A stretch of DNA of 64,000 bases from an uncultured delta proteobacterium (GTDB lineage: Bacteria; Myxococcota_A; Polyangia; Fen-1088), in NCBI GenBank assembly GCA_963755125.1, contig CAVWIP010000008.1:288001-352000 (forward strand). The letters run 5' to 3'. Position 1 is the first letter of the stretch, and every line of letters begins with the position of its first letter. The translations under genes were made by a program, and so were the position numbers. Under the pieces are notes generated by a model, which made no database searches, was not told the origin of the DNA, and saw nothing but the letters and a program-made list of their open reading frames with translations. Positions 42,761 to 52,559 of this stretch are shown piece after piece.

Positions 42761-42960
42761 CAGCCACCAGGCCACGCAGCCGCATCCCTCACCGCCCGCC
42801 CTCCCCGCCTCCCAGCCGCAGCCATCGGGCCTCGACCAGAGCCGCGGTCGCGCTCTGAGCGACGTGGGTGTAGCGCTTGGTGGTGGCGCTGTCGGAATGG
42901 CCGAGCAGCGTGGCGATGACCTTCTGGCCGGCGCCCATCACGGCGTAGCTGCTGCCGGCA
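42761..42960 (-). pseudogene. 3' fragment of a tyrosine integrase (copy B, longer)
   Basis: Minus strand encodes AGSSYAVMGAGQKVIATLLGHSDSATTKRYTHVAQ...GGR* (stop 42789-42791); classic LLGH...T.RY box. Confidence 0.85.
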
Positions 42961-43080
42961 GGTTGGCGGGGCTACTGGTATGGCTCCGCGCTCGCGAGGG
43001 CTGCGATGCCATCCCATCCGCCGATGGGCTTCGCGCGCACCATCCAGTTGCCCAACAACGTCCCCCGTGACCAAACACTG

Positions 43081-44313
43081 TCACGGAATGGTCCCGGCCG
43101 CAGGTTCGTACAACTCCGCGCTCGCTAGGATCACGTTACCAACACTGCTTCCGCCAGCGATGAGCACCTCCCCGGTCGTCAACAACGTCGCGGTGTGGCT
43201 CCGTCTTGCCGCTGTCATGCCACCAGTCGCCGCAAATGTCCCGGCCGCTGGATCGTACAGCTCTGCGCTGGCAAGAATGGCCTGCGAGTAATCGCCTCCG
43301 CCGACTATCAGCACTGTCCCGCTCGGCAACAAAGTCGCCGTGTGCCTCCACCTCGTCGCTGTCATGCTGCTCGTCGCTGCAAATATCCCAGCTCCCGGAT
43401 CGTACAGCTCCGCGCTGGCGAGGGTCGTTTCGTCAACGCTGTTTCCGCCGGCGATGAGCACCATCCCACTTTCCAACAAAGTCGCCGTGTGGCCCTCCCT
43501 TGGCACGGTCATGCTCCCGGTGGCCGTGAATGTCCCGGCTGCCGGGTCGTATAACTCCGCGAGCCCAAGAACCACGAGGAGATCATCCAATCCACCAGCG
43601 ATGAAAACCTTCCCGCTTGGCAGAAGCGTCGCCGTGTGCTGGTTCGTGGGCGAAACCATGCTCGCGGTAGTGGTGAATGTCCCAGCCACCGGGTCGTAAA
43701 GCTCGGCGCTCTCCAGGTTGCCTGCCCTGTTGCCTCCGCCAGTGATGAGCACCATCCCGTTGCCCAACAACGTCGCCGTATGACCCTCCCTTGCCACGGT
43801 CATCCTCCCGCTGATCGTGAATGTCCCGGAGCCTGGGTCGTATAGCTCCGCGCTGCCCAATTCCCATTGGTCTCCGCCAGCGATGAGCACCATCCCATTG
43901 GCCAGCAACGTCGCCGTGTGCTGGTACCTTGCCACGGTCATGCTGCCTGTGGCCGTGAATGTACCGGCGCTTGGGTCGTAAAGCTCGGCTGTCGCCAGGA
44001 AGTTGGGGCCATCGCTGCCTCCGGCGACGAGAACCTTTCCGCTCGGCAACAACGTCGCCGTGTGCTGGTACCTTGCCTCGGTCATGCTGCTGGTGGCCCT
44101 GAAGAATCCCGGCCCTGTCGTTGTACCAGCCGCACCAGTCGCGACCAGAATGCCGGTCGTGCCTCCGGTGCTGCTGGTCATGCCCGCTGAGATGGTCACG
44201 CCTCCAGGGGTGCCGGTCGTGCCGCCGCTGCCACACCCGGCTGCACCCGCGGTGACAGCCAACATTGGCAGCATGGCCAACTTGACGAAGATGGAACCCG
44301 CACGATTCGACAT
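43081..44313 (-). CDS. Kelch-repeat beta-propeller lipoprotein 2 (an additional final repeat is decayed)
   Basis: GGAGG RBS, lipobox AAGC, repeats ARYQHTATLL..G.VLIAGG..SAELYDP. Confidence 0.88.
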   Translation of the reverse strand: MSNRAGSIFVKLAMLPMLAVTAGAAGCGSGGTTGTPGGVTISAGMTSSTGGTTGILVATGAAGTTTGPGFFRATSSMTEARYQHTATLLPSGKVLVAGGSDGPNFLATAELYDPSAGTFTATGSMTVARYQHTATLLANGMVLIAGGDQWELGSAELYDPGSGTFTISGRMTVAREGHTATLLGNGMVLITGGGNRAGNLESAELYDPVAGTFTTTASMVSPTNQHTATLLPSGKVFIAGGLDDLLVVLGLAELYDPAAGTFTATGSMTVPREGHTATLLESGMVLIAGGNSVDETTLASAELYDPGAGIFAATSSMTATRWRHTATLLPSGTVLIVGGGDYSQAILASAELYDPAAGTFAATGGMTAARRSHTATLLTTGEVLIAGGSSVGNVILASAELYEPAAGTIP

Positions 44314-44544
44314 GGGGCCTCCAGTTGCCTCTGAAATCGGAGCGATGGACGCTCTCGCGCCCACCCGCGAGAGTGTACCTGGAAATAGCCGGCGAGAAAG
44401 GGATCTTCTCGGAGTATCGATCGCAATGAGCCGAACGCCTCCACGTTGGTTGTGGCACGCGCCCCGAGTTTCTCGTCCTTCCCGGTGGGCCTGGCTGGGA
44501 CACCGGCGATAGCGCCGCGCCGTTCGCGCCGTCCGGGCCGATTG

Positions 44545-45636
44545 CTATAGACGCTGGGTCCAGGTCGCACCGGAGTCCGCTGACGTGTAGATGTGGTCGG
44601 CCACGGCGGCGAGCTTCGTGCCATCCGATGACGACGCCACGGATGTCCAGGTCTCCTGGGAACCCGCTTGGGTCCAGGTCGCCCCGGAATCAGATGACGT
44701 GTAGATGTAGCCGGGGTTGACCACGGCGACCAGATCCGTACCGTCCGATGACGATGCCACGGACTGCCAGAGCTGCTGGCTACCACTCTGGGTCCAGATC
44801 GCCCCGGAGTTTGCCGACGTGTAGATGTAGCCGGGGTTGACCACGGCGACCAGCTTCGTGCCGTCCGATGACGACGCCACCGAAGTCCAGTACCGCTGGG
44901 GACCCGTCTGGGTCCAGGTCGCACCGGAGTCCCCCGACGTGTAGATGTAGCCGTAGGCGGCCACGGCGACGAGATGCCTGCCGTCCGCTGACGACGCCAC
45001 GGACGTCCAGTACTCCTGGGTGCCAGTCTGGGTCCACGTCGACCCGGAGTCCGACGACGTGTAGATGTACCCGTCGCTGTAGTCGGTGTCGTACCAGGCC
45101 ACAGCGACGAGCTTCGTGCCGTCCGCTGACGATGCCACTGACTGCCAGAGCTGCTGGCTACCACTCTGGGTCCAGGTCACACCGGAATCCCCCGACGTGT
45201 AGATGTACCCGCCAGCGTCGTTGCCAATCCCGATGGACACGGCGACGAGCTTCGTGCCGTCCGCTGACGACGCCACGGACTGCCAGAACTGCTGGGTGCC
45301 AGTCTGTGTCCAGGTCGCCCCAGAGTCACCTGACGTGTAGATGTACCCGCCGTCGTCGTTGCCAATGCCGATGGACACCACGACGAGCTTCGTGCCGTCC
45401 GATGACGACGCCACGGACTGCCAATACTGCATAGCGCCGCTACTACCAGTGGCGTCGGCTGTCCCCGAATCCCCGGTCGCGCCGTCGGACATGCTGGTGC
45501 TCCCTCCGGTGGTGGTGGTCGTGCCCCCGGTGCCGGGCGCTCCACTCCCGCCACTGCTACACCCGCCTGCCACGGTGACGACGAACACGCACAGCACGGC
45601 CAACTTCATGAGGACACAACACTCGCGATTCGCCAT
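44545..45636 (-). CDS. BNR/Asp-box repeat beta-propeller lipoprotein
   Basis: Lipobox AGGC; 7 repeats W.SVASS.DGTKLVA...YIYTS.DSGATWT. Confidence 0.85.
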   Translation of the reverse strand: MANRECCVLMKLAVLCVFVVTVAGGCSSGGSGAPGTGGTTTTTGGSTSMSDGATGDSGTADATGSSGAMQYWQSVASSSDGTKLVVVSIGIGNDDGGYIYTSGDSGATWTQTGTQQFWQSVASSADGTKLVAVSIGIGNDAGGYIYTSGDSGVTWTQSGSQQLWQSVASSADGTKLVAVAWYDTDYSDGYIYTSSDSGSTWTQTGTQEYWTSVASSADGRHLVAVAAYGYIYTSGDSGATWTQTGPQRYWTSVASSSDGTKLVAVVNPGYIYTSANSGAIWTQSGSQQLWQSVASSSDGTDLVAVVNPGYIYTSSDSGATWTQAGSQETWTSVASSSDGTKLAAVADHIYTSADSGATWTQRL

Positions 45637-45878
45637 GAAATCTCCAGTTGCACGTGACACGGGCATTGATGACGCTGTACTGGCCACGCGGGGCAGTCTA
45701 CCTGGAAACGACCATCGAGAAACCCTGGCTCTCGGCTCGTTCAGGCTGAAGGCGAGCGGAGCCGAGCGCATGCGGGTCGGTTCTCCACCCCACCCTGCCC
45801 TGCCGCCCATCGACGCCCATGCCCGAGTTGCCGCCTCAACCCACCAGCAACACGAGCACCCCAAACAGGGCCGTGAGG

Positions 45879-46480
45879 TCACGGGCAATTCCGGTCACGG
45901 CCTCCAACCTCGTCCTGTTCCGCCTCCGCGTCGCCTCCCACTTCGCCCCTTCTCGCCCGCCTCTTCCAGCGCCCCTTTCGCACCGTCAACATCGGCAGCC
46001 GCCTCGGGATCTGCTCCAGGAGCCTCGCCGCCTCCTCCACCGCCCACTTCCGCGCCATCTGCACCATACAAGCCGCGTTGGCGTCGCCGGCTTGCCCGCC
46101 AGCAAGTCGCTCGACCCGAGCACGGACAATTTCCCGAACACTTCCACCCGCGCCAGCGCCGCGGGCCTCACCGCCTGAAACCAGATCGCCGTCCCCTGGC
46201 GGGAGCAGCTCACCTTCCCCATCACTCCGCTTGCAACTCGCCCCAGGGAACAGCTGCCAGGCTCGGCACCGCCATCTCCAGGCGCATGGAGCCCAGGCCA
46301 TCGCCCGCAAGGAAAGGCCGAGGTCGCCGGCGATCACGTGCTTGTCGCCCGCCCGGCCGAGCACGCGGAGCCCGTCGAGGAGAGCGCACTTGCGTCCCTC
46401 GGCGGACTCGACGGGCTCGGCCAGGACGGCGAGCAACCGGCGCTCGATGTCGGCGGAGGACAGCACGGCAGCAATTACCG
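45879..46480 (-). pseudogene. Probably frameshifted hypothetical gene; N-terminus paralogous to 46707-46880
   Basis: ADIERRLLAVLAEPVESAEGRKCALLD; plausible coding appears to switch frames downstream. Confidence 0.4.
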
Positions 46481-46509
46481 CATGGTGTACTCGCTCCAGT
46501 TGCAATGCG

Positions 46510-46710
46510 CTAATCAGATGGCTCTATTCTTCCCATACTCCGGAAGGAAGGGGGTGCGGGAGGCCAGGCTCCGGATCGTCTGAGCCTCTTGAGCGCTTGC
46601 TGGTTGAGCGCTTGCTGTGCTGTGAGTTTATCGATCTTGGTCGGGGACGCCGACGGCGCCGTCGACTTGCGAGTCGCCGGTGCGCGAACTCTCTTCTTCG
46701 CTGTGCTCAT
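46510..46710 (-). CDS. Small basic hypothetical protein (66 aa)
   Basis: ATGA overlap with the upstream ORF stop; AAGGA upstream. Confidence 0.5.
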   Translation of the reverse strand: MSTAKKRVRAPATRKSTAPSASPTKIDKLTAQQALNQQALKRLRRSGAWPPAPPSFRSMGRIEPSD

Positions 46711-46880
46711 TTCCGTTCCTTTTGTTGGGGTTGTTTCACTTCCGAGATGGCAAACCACTCGCCGCCCCGGCCGAACACACGGATCACGTCGAGGAGTGCG
46801 CCTTTTCGCATCTCGGCGGTCTCCGTGGGCTCGGACGAGGCGGCGAGCACGCGGCGCTCAATGTCGGCGACGGTTGGCAT
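46707..46880 (-). CDS. Small hypothetical protein (57 aa), not in ORF track
   Basis: MPTVADIERRVLAASSEPTETAEMRKGALLDVIRVFGRGG...; paralog nearby; coupled to next gene. Confidence 0.55.
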   Translation of the reverse strand: MPTVADIERRVLAASSEPTETAEMRKGALLDVIRVFGRGGEWFAISEVKQPQQKERK

Positions 46881-46888
46881 GTGGTGCT

Positions 46889-47605
46889 TCAGTCAACCTG
46901 CGGCATAGAACGTCCGGGGCCTTGGGCAGCGCTCTTGCTCCGTCCGCACCTTGTCCATACGTTGAGCCCTGCGCGCATCCTCCTGCATTCCTTTGCGAGA
47001 TCGGGGTACGCCTCGGCAATGGCGGCGTAGACCTTCTTCCGAATTGCCTCGACGGCGTCCTCCACTCCCACCCTGCCGAACTGCGCGTGAAGCGCGGCTT
47101 CATAACCCGTCAGATTCTGGCGAACGTAATCGACCGTGATGTGTGCCAAGAACGCCGGATCGCTGTCGACGGAGGCGCTCGTAGGGCCGGGGGCGGGCTC
47201 ACTGCGACGCGCGTTGTAGAACTCGCAGGCGCGACGAACGAGGGTTTCCCTATCCAATCGGGGCACCTGGATGTCGAGTTTTCCGACGAAATCCATGGTC
47301 TCCTCGTATTTGGTGCGCACGCCTTTCTGCGCGGCTTCGGAGCGCATGGCCCTTTTCGCGTGGAACGCCTTGAATTCGGGGGTGGCCTCCGCCGCGACAA
47401 CGGACGTCTCCAGGTACCAGTGGACGACGTAATCGCCTACATAGTCGCGGTGACACTGCTCGGTTCTATAGGGAGCACCGAGGAACTTCTTGATCCCGGT
47501 CTTGGTCCACCCTCTCTTGCCAATCAGGGATTTGATGTTGAGTTGCGGCGGATCTAAGGGTTTCGCTTTGGGGCTGGGGGTTCTGGGCATCTGGTTCTTG
47601 GGCAT
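46889..47605 (-). CDS. Hypothetical protein of phage/mobile-element type
   Basis: KRGWTKTGIKKFLGAP, V.YVRQNLTGYE, IAEAYPDL; GGAG RBS. Confidence 0.7.
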   Translation of the reverse strand: MPKNQMPRTPSPKAKPLDPPQLNIKSLIGKRGWTKTGIKKFLGAPYRTEQCHRDYVGDYVVHWYLETSVVAAEATPEFKAFHAKRAMRSEAAQKGVRTKYEETMDFVGKLDIQVPRLDRETLVRRACEFYNARRSEPAPGPTSASVDSDPAFLAHITVDYVRQNLTGYEAALHAQFGRVGVEDAVEAIRKKVYAAIAEAYPDLAKECRRMRAGLNVWTRCGRSKSAAQGPGRSMPQVD

Positions 47606-47700
47606 CGGTATTCTCCATAGTATTTCCAGGTTTCAGGGGTTGGTTGATTCCGGTGTTGTCATGCGGGCCTTCAGGGCGGCGAGTAGGCAACGCTCTTGTG

Positions 47701-47979
47701 CTAACGGCGCACAACGTGGATTGTCGCGGCCAAGTTCTTCTCGCGCACGCAGTCCAGCACCGTCTGCGCTTGTGCCAGGCGAAACTTCTCGGCAGGTGAT
47801 CTCTTCGGATACCTCCGGGCGACCGCCACCAACGCCGCCTCGCTGGGCACGATCTTTCCCGAGCGAGACAAAATGCCCGAAAGAACTCGCACCCAGCGCT
47901 GTTGCGCCTTTTTCTCGCCGCGACGCTGCGGTCGGTCTGTGGTCACACTGGTCTTCTGGGTCTGGCGTTTCCTTGTCAT
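47701..47979 (-). CDS. Small basic hypothetical protein
   Basis: AAGGAGG RBS before MTRKRQ. Confidence 0.55.
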   Translation of the reverse strand: MTRKRQTQKTSVTTDRPQRRGEKKAQQRWVRVLSGILSRSGKIVPSEAALVAVARRYPKRSPAEKFRLAQAQTVLDCVREKNLAATIHVVRR

Positions 47980-48013
47980 TGTTGCTGCCTCCTTGTTTTC
48001 AATTGAGGGGTCA

Positions 48014-49303
48014 CTACGGAATCTCAAGGCTGCTGCCTGCCTGTCTGCGGCCACGTCGCATCCGAGCGGAGACCGCCCGACCGGCCTTGCGCCGTCGGTT
48101 GGTTGCGCTGCGACTCTTGGGGGGACTATTACTTCTTGAATTGAGCTGGGATGCAGGGGCTCGAAGCTTCTCGACCGCGCCTGCACGGCCGGAACGTGGC
48201 CAAGATTTCAATGCGCCGGCAGCCGCAACGGCCTGGAGGACATCGTCCGCCGCCGCCTTGTCAGGATGCATGTACTTGGCTGTGGTGGCGGGCTGCTTGT
48301 GGCCGGCCAAGTACATTAGCCCGGCCAGATTGTTGGTCACTTGCCCCAGGTGCGTGAGGCGAGAGTGACGAAAATCGTAGTCCGAGATGCGCTCCGCACG
48401 GTGGATGTCGATGCCGGCAGCGTGAGATGCCGCCCGCAGAAGCGTGCGGTAGTCATGAGCGCCGAAAATGATACCCGTCGTCGGGCAGACTGAATCCAGG
48501 GCCTTGCGTGCATCCGGCGTCACTTCCAGATCACGGCCGAAGCGGCACTTGTCGATCTCATTGGTGATCGTGAGGACGGCGGAACCCGGGCGGTAGTGCT
48601 CGGGCACGCTCAACTTGTTCAAGGTTTCGGGGCGGAGGCCGTATTCCCACGCCAACGTGAAGCGCGCACGAACAGGAAACCGCTTCCCCGATCGCCTGCT
48701 CGTACCATGCTCGGGCAGCTTGGCGATGATGCTCTCCATCTCCTTGGCGGTGAACACAATGAACGTGCGCTTGCGGGACGCCGATTGGACATGGCCCACC
48801 ACACGCCGCCCCGGGGTCTCGATTTCCGGCAACTCGCTCAAGAAGCCTCGCCGGTGGCCCCACTGTGCGAATTGGCGCAGGACCGAAAGCTCTTTCTTGA
48901 GCGTTTCCCTGGTTACCAGGCGCAACCTTGATGTGATGTAATCCTCGGCGCCGACAGTCGTGAGCCGGTCCATGGTGCCAAAGAAAGGCGCGAAGTGCGT
49001 GCCCACATACGTGTCCTGGAAGAGCAGGAATGTCTGCGGGTCGACGCTGGGCTCGATGTCAGCGAGCCAGAGTGCCGCAACCTCGTCGAATGGCTTGCCC
49101 GTCGGAGCAATCATTTTTTTGCTAGCGGACCATCTGCCGGAGACGACCTCGGCGTAGATGCGAGCTGCCTTGCTCGCAGCCGGGCCAGGATCTCGTTCGC
49201 TCGTGCTGAAGGAGCGACGCCGAGCCCCGTGCATGAACCTGACCTGGTAGACGCCCGAGCGGGGGTCTCTGTAGATATGCCAACCCGTTGATTTGCGAGC
49301 CAT
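48014..49303 (-). CDS. Tyrosine recombinase/integrase 2 (paralog of integrase 1)
   Basis: YGLRP, YDFRHSRLTHL, LAGHK, TTAKY; roughly 70% identical to integrase 1 by eye. Confidence 0.9.
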   Translation of the reverse strand: MARKSTGWHIYRDPRSGVYQVRFMHGARRRSFSTSERDPGPAASKAARIYAEVVSGRWSASKKMIAPTGKPFDEVAALWLADIEPSVDPQTFLLFQDTYVGTHFAPFFGTMDRLTTVGAEDYITSRLRLVTRETLKKELSVLRQFAQWGHRRGFLSELPEIETPGRRVVGHVQSASRKRTFIVFTAKEMESIIAKLPEHGTSRRSGKRFPVRARFTLAWEYGLRPETLNKLSVPEHYRPGSAVLTITNEIDKCRFGRDLEVTPDARKALDSVCPTTGIIFGAHDYRTLLRAASHAAGIDIHRAERISDYDFRHSRLTHLGQVTNNLAGLMYLAGHKQPATTAKYMHPDKAAADDVLQAVAAAGALKSWPRSGRAGAVEKLRAPASQLNSRSNSPPKSRSATNRRRKAGRAVSARMRRGRRQAGSSLEIP

Positions 49304-49500
49304 ACGTCAAGATCCTCCTTGTTGAACTGGATACGAGCGCCGATAGGGACGTGAGGCAGGTGCGGCTGGACCCTTCTCTCGAACGTGCGCAGGGACACGC
49401 GGCAATACCGGGCCGCCTCGTGCTTCGTGAACACGGGCGACTGGGCGCCGCCCTGCGTGTGCGACGGGTCCAGCGTGGTCATGCCTAGGAAGCGCGACAT
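49111..49500 (-). CDS. Excisionase-like HTH protein overlapping integrase 2
   Basis: FTKHEAARYCRVSLRTFER...IGARIQFNKEDLDVW; GGAGG RBS. Confidence 0.8.
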   Translation of the reverse strand: MSRFLGMTTLDPSHTQGGAQSPVFTKHEAARYCRVSLRTFERRVQPHLPHVPIGARIQFNKEDLDVWLANQRVGISTETPARASTRSGSCTGLGVAPSARANEILARLRARQLASTPRSSPADGPLAKK

Positions 49501-50260
49501 GACACGCCTCCATGATTGCTGGCGCGAAGCGCCTCCACTCCATGAAGGCGAGAACAGAGGATACGCACAGGCCCGTGGCGGCCGGGCCTTGCAGGACCCC
49601 GAGCGCCATCCATGGGACGTGGAGAACCCGCTCCGGGTCCACACGGACGACCCATCTCACATAGGGCCGAACCCAGGCGACGACGGGAAGCATTCCCACG
49701 GTCGTCGGTGGCATCTGCCCCGCAGACCAATGGCCCTGCTACACCAGGATGGGGACTCGACCCGGGATGGGACAGGATTGGCGGTGCGGAATCGCCGCCA
49801 GGGCCATCGCCGCCATGGCCACCGCCGCGGCCACCGCCACGGCCGCCTCCACCATGTCGGCGAACAGCACGACGGCGTGCGCACGGGCGGCAACGAAGAC
49901 GTTGGTTGCGGTGGTACTGTTGACTGCAAACGGGCATGGAAAGCGCCAGCACGAACGCGGACTCATGCCCCCACTCGTGGCACAGCGTGGACCCCAAAGG
50001 GTAGAGACAGGGCTTCACATGACGACCCACCGGGATGCCTCTTTCAACTGCGCGAAGGAGGTCGTGAACAAACTTCCTGCTACAGGCATTTCGCCCCGGT
50101 GCTCCAGATCTCGTGACACTCATGTTCATGGGCATCTTGGTCTCCATATCGGTGCGCACATTCCGGAAAGCATTCACTGACACCTCAGCCGTGGTCCGAC
50201 AGCCCGCGTCGGCGGCGACTGAAGGTTCCACACGGACACATTGATCACGACCGTTCGCGC

Positions 50261-51742
50261 TCATGGACATCCCTGGCTTGGGTCCGTGATGTCCACGGCG
50301 CCAACGCCCTTGGCGGCACTCGCCAACACCCAGGCGACCAACTCCTTCGCCTCGGCGAATTTCTTTGCCGCCAGCTCGACCGGCTTCTCGCCGATGCCGT
50401 CTACCCAGCTCTTGGCCTTGTCCGTGTAAACCGGCTCGAACGAGAGGGAGTCCATCGGCTGGTGCCAAGTGTACCGCTGCCCCGCCACCAAAAATGTGAA
50501 GCACCGTAGGTGACTGGCCGTACCCGGGGTAGGTCCAACAACCGCGCAGCTACCCCAGTGCTCCAAAGCCCACCCTTCGTTCCTCAGTTCCTCGGGACTC
50601 AGCACGATCTTGGGAAGAGTCTTGCCGTTTTGCATCTTCCCCGTGACCTCGAAGGACCGCGACTCTGTCATTCCATCATCGCTCAGTGTCTCCCGCTCGA
50701 TCTCAGCGGTGAAATTGGACAATTGGAGCGGCTCATCCTCCCCCTCCATGAAGATCGCTCCCTCCTGAACGAAATACTGACGGCCAAGTCCGTTCTGCGT
50801 CGAGATCGCCCCCGCCGCCTTCTTGAGCTTGGTTCGAGCCTGCGCGAGCGCATCGTCGAAGTCCTTAAAACTTATCTTGCCGATACTCTTCATGGCCTGG
50901 CGCACTTGACTTCGGCACCCCGGGCCGCGCTTTGTGACCGCAAGCAAGAAGGGCAGATCGTCCAGCAGAGCGGCTACAGTCGCTGGCGCGGTAGATTGTG
51001 CCCGGCCGATGGGCTCAGCGGGGTACGCGCTCTCAATGACTGCCCTCAAGGCTTCCCCGCCCCGCCCGGCCAGAAAGTCATCGGGTCCCCAAGACGCGCC
51101 GTCTGGGCCGGGGGGGAGTACAGCGATTCTCACCTTGGCACCGTCTGCTTCCAGCGCAATCGCAAGGGCTGCCTCGTCTCGGGCGACGCTTGGATTGGTA
51201 GTGCGGTTTGAATCGAAGAGGATTACGACTGGCTTGTCTCTGATGGCGACGCGCCTCCAAGATTCGTTCAGGTGTCGGGGCTCGTCATCCTTGGTCAACG
51301 TCGTAGATGTCCCGCCCAGCCCGACGGCTCTGAACCCAGCGGCGGTGAGCGCCAGCGCCTTGACTGGACTCTCTACCACAATTGTCGGCTGATCGTCTCC
51401 AGGCAGCGCTGGGGGAACATAAACCGGCACCTCGCGGTTGGCTTCACAGAGGTATCGCGCACCGTCCGTTGGCGTGTCCAGCCGGATACGCCATTGCCGT
51501 GGGGATAGGTCTGCGTACGGAATAGCCAAACCAGAACTTGCAGTCGGTCCTTTGCGATTAAGCAGGTTTCCCGCTGCTTCGGCGGACACGCTTCGCAGTT
51601 CCGCCTTGATTGCGACGTCCTCTGGAACCGCGCGAGCGCGCAGATACTCGACGTGCTCGCGCCCGAGTTGTCCTGCGCCCGTATCTTTCGTGGCGCCAGT
51701 GTCGCCGCCGGCATTGTTACTGTCGGTGGTCGACGGAGCCAT
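50261..51742 (-). CDS. DUF3854/Toprim primase-like replication protein, C-terminally truncated
   Basis: GLAIPY, RY, IVVESPVKA, VGLGG, VILFDS, GPDDFL, then LSNFTAEI; no helicase P-loop. Confidence 0.75.
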   Translation of the reverse strand: MAPSTTDSNNAGGDTGATKDTGAGQLGREHVEYLRARAVPEDVAIKAELRSVSAEAAGNLLNRKGPTASSGLAIPYADLSPRQWRIRLDTPTDGARYLCEANREVPVYVPPALPGDDQPTIVVESPVKALALTAAGFRAVGLGGTSTTLTKDDEPRHLNESWRRVAIRDKPVVILFDSNRTTNPSVARDEAALAIALEADGAKVRIAVLPPGPDGASWGPDDFLAGRGGEALRAVIESAYPAEPIGRAQSTAPATVAALLDDLPFLLAVTKRGPGCRSQVRQAMKSIGKISFKDFDDALAQARTKLKKAAGAISTQNGLGRQYFVQEGAIFMEGEDEPLQLSNFTAEIERETLSDDGMTESRSFEVTGKMQNGKTLPKIVLSPEELRNEGWALEHWGSCAVVGPTPGTASHLRCFTFLVAGQRYTWHQPMDSLSFEPVYTDKAKSWVDGIGEKPVELAAKKFAEAKELVAWVLASAAKGVGAVDITDPSQGCP

Positions 51743-52559
51743 CGTCGTCCTCCCGGACGCCGCCCCTTGCCGGGCGGCGTTCCTTTGTGTGGCATTCGGC
51801 AATGCTTCCGATTGAAGCGCACGACGCACTGGCGTTTCGATGCCAGCATCGCGATCGTGGTCGTTCACGGCCCTGGCGCGGTGACCGACTACGATGAGTG
51901 GTCCCGCTTGGCACCGCCACAATGGGCGCCGAAACGGTGGCCATGTGCTTTTCCCGAAAGGTCACCCGACTGCACTCCTGTAGCACAGCCATAAACCCTT
52001 CTGTTCTGTACAGTCAAGGAGCGCCGGGAGCGATTTGCGATGTTTTTGCTTTTCGTTTGACTGGAGGCAGCAGGCTGGAGGCGGGATAGCTACTGTGAGG
52101 AGATACTCACAGGTTAGGCACAGGGAAGGCCACAATGGCTACTGTGATGTGGCATCTCGTCCTTAACTGACAGTGCGGGATGTCACAAGCGTGGCGGCTA
52201 ACGCCGCATCTTCCATTCCATGGCACTGCTCAATGGTTTCGCCTAGTTACGTCCGCCTTGTTTTGGAGGCCTTGTTTTTCAGGCAGTCCACGCCTATTGG
52301 TGGTGACCTCGTCATGATGGGATTCATCATCTCGTTGACGAAGGTGTCGACAATAGTGTGAGATAGCCGGTTGGCGTTTAGTTCTGTTAGGTCTCGATGA
52401 ATAGTGGATGGTCAGCAATCTGAGTTGCATGCGGATAGTTTCCCGAATCTGCTTACTGAAGCTCGACTGGGAGGGAGCATCTGTCGAGATGCTTCGGAAG
52501 AATGGGTTCGTTCCTCGAAGTCTTGGCTGAGTTCTCGGGTTACTACGTGGAAGAGGGTG

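Noticed and set aside
49500..50260. Satellite immunity RNA or small genes between xis and primase
   Set aside because: Only Ala-rich low-complexity ORFs and weak hairpins; nothing I can support.
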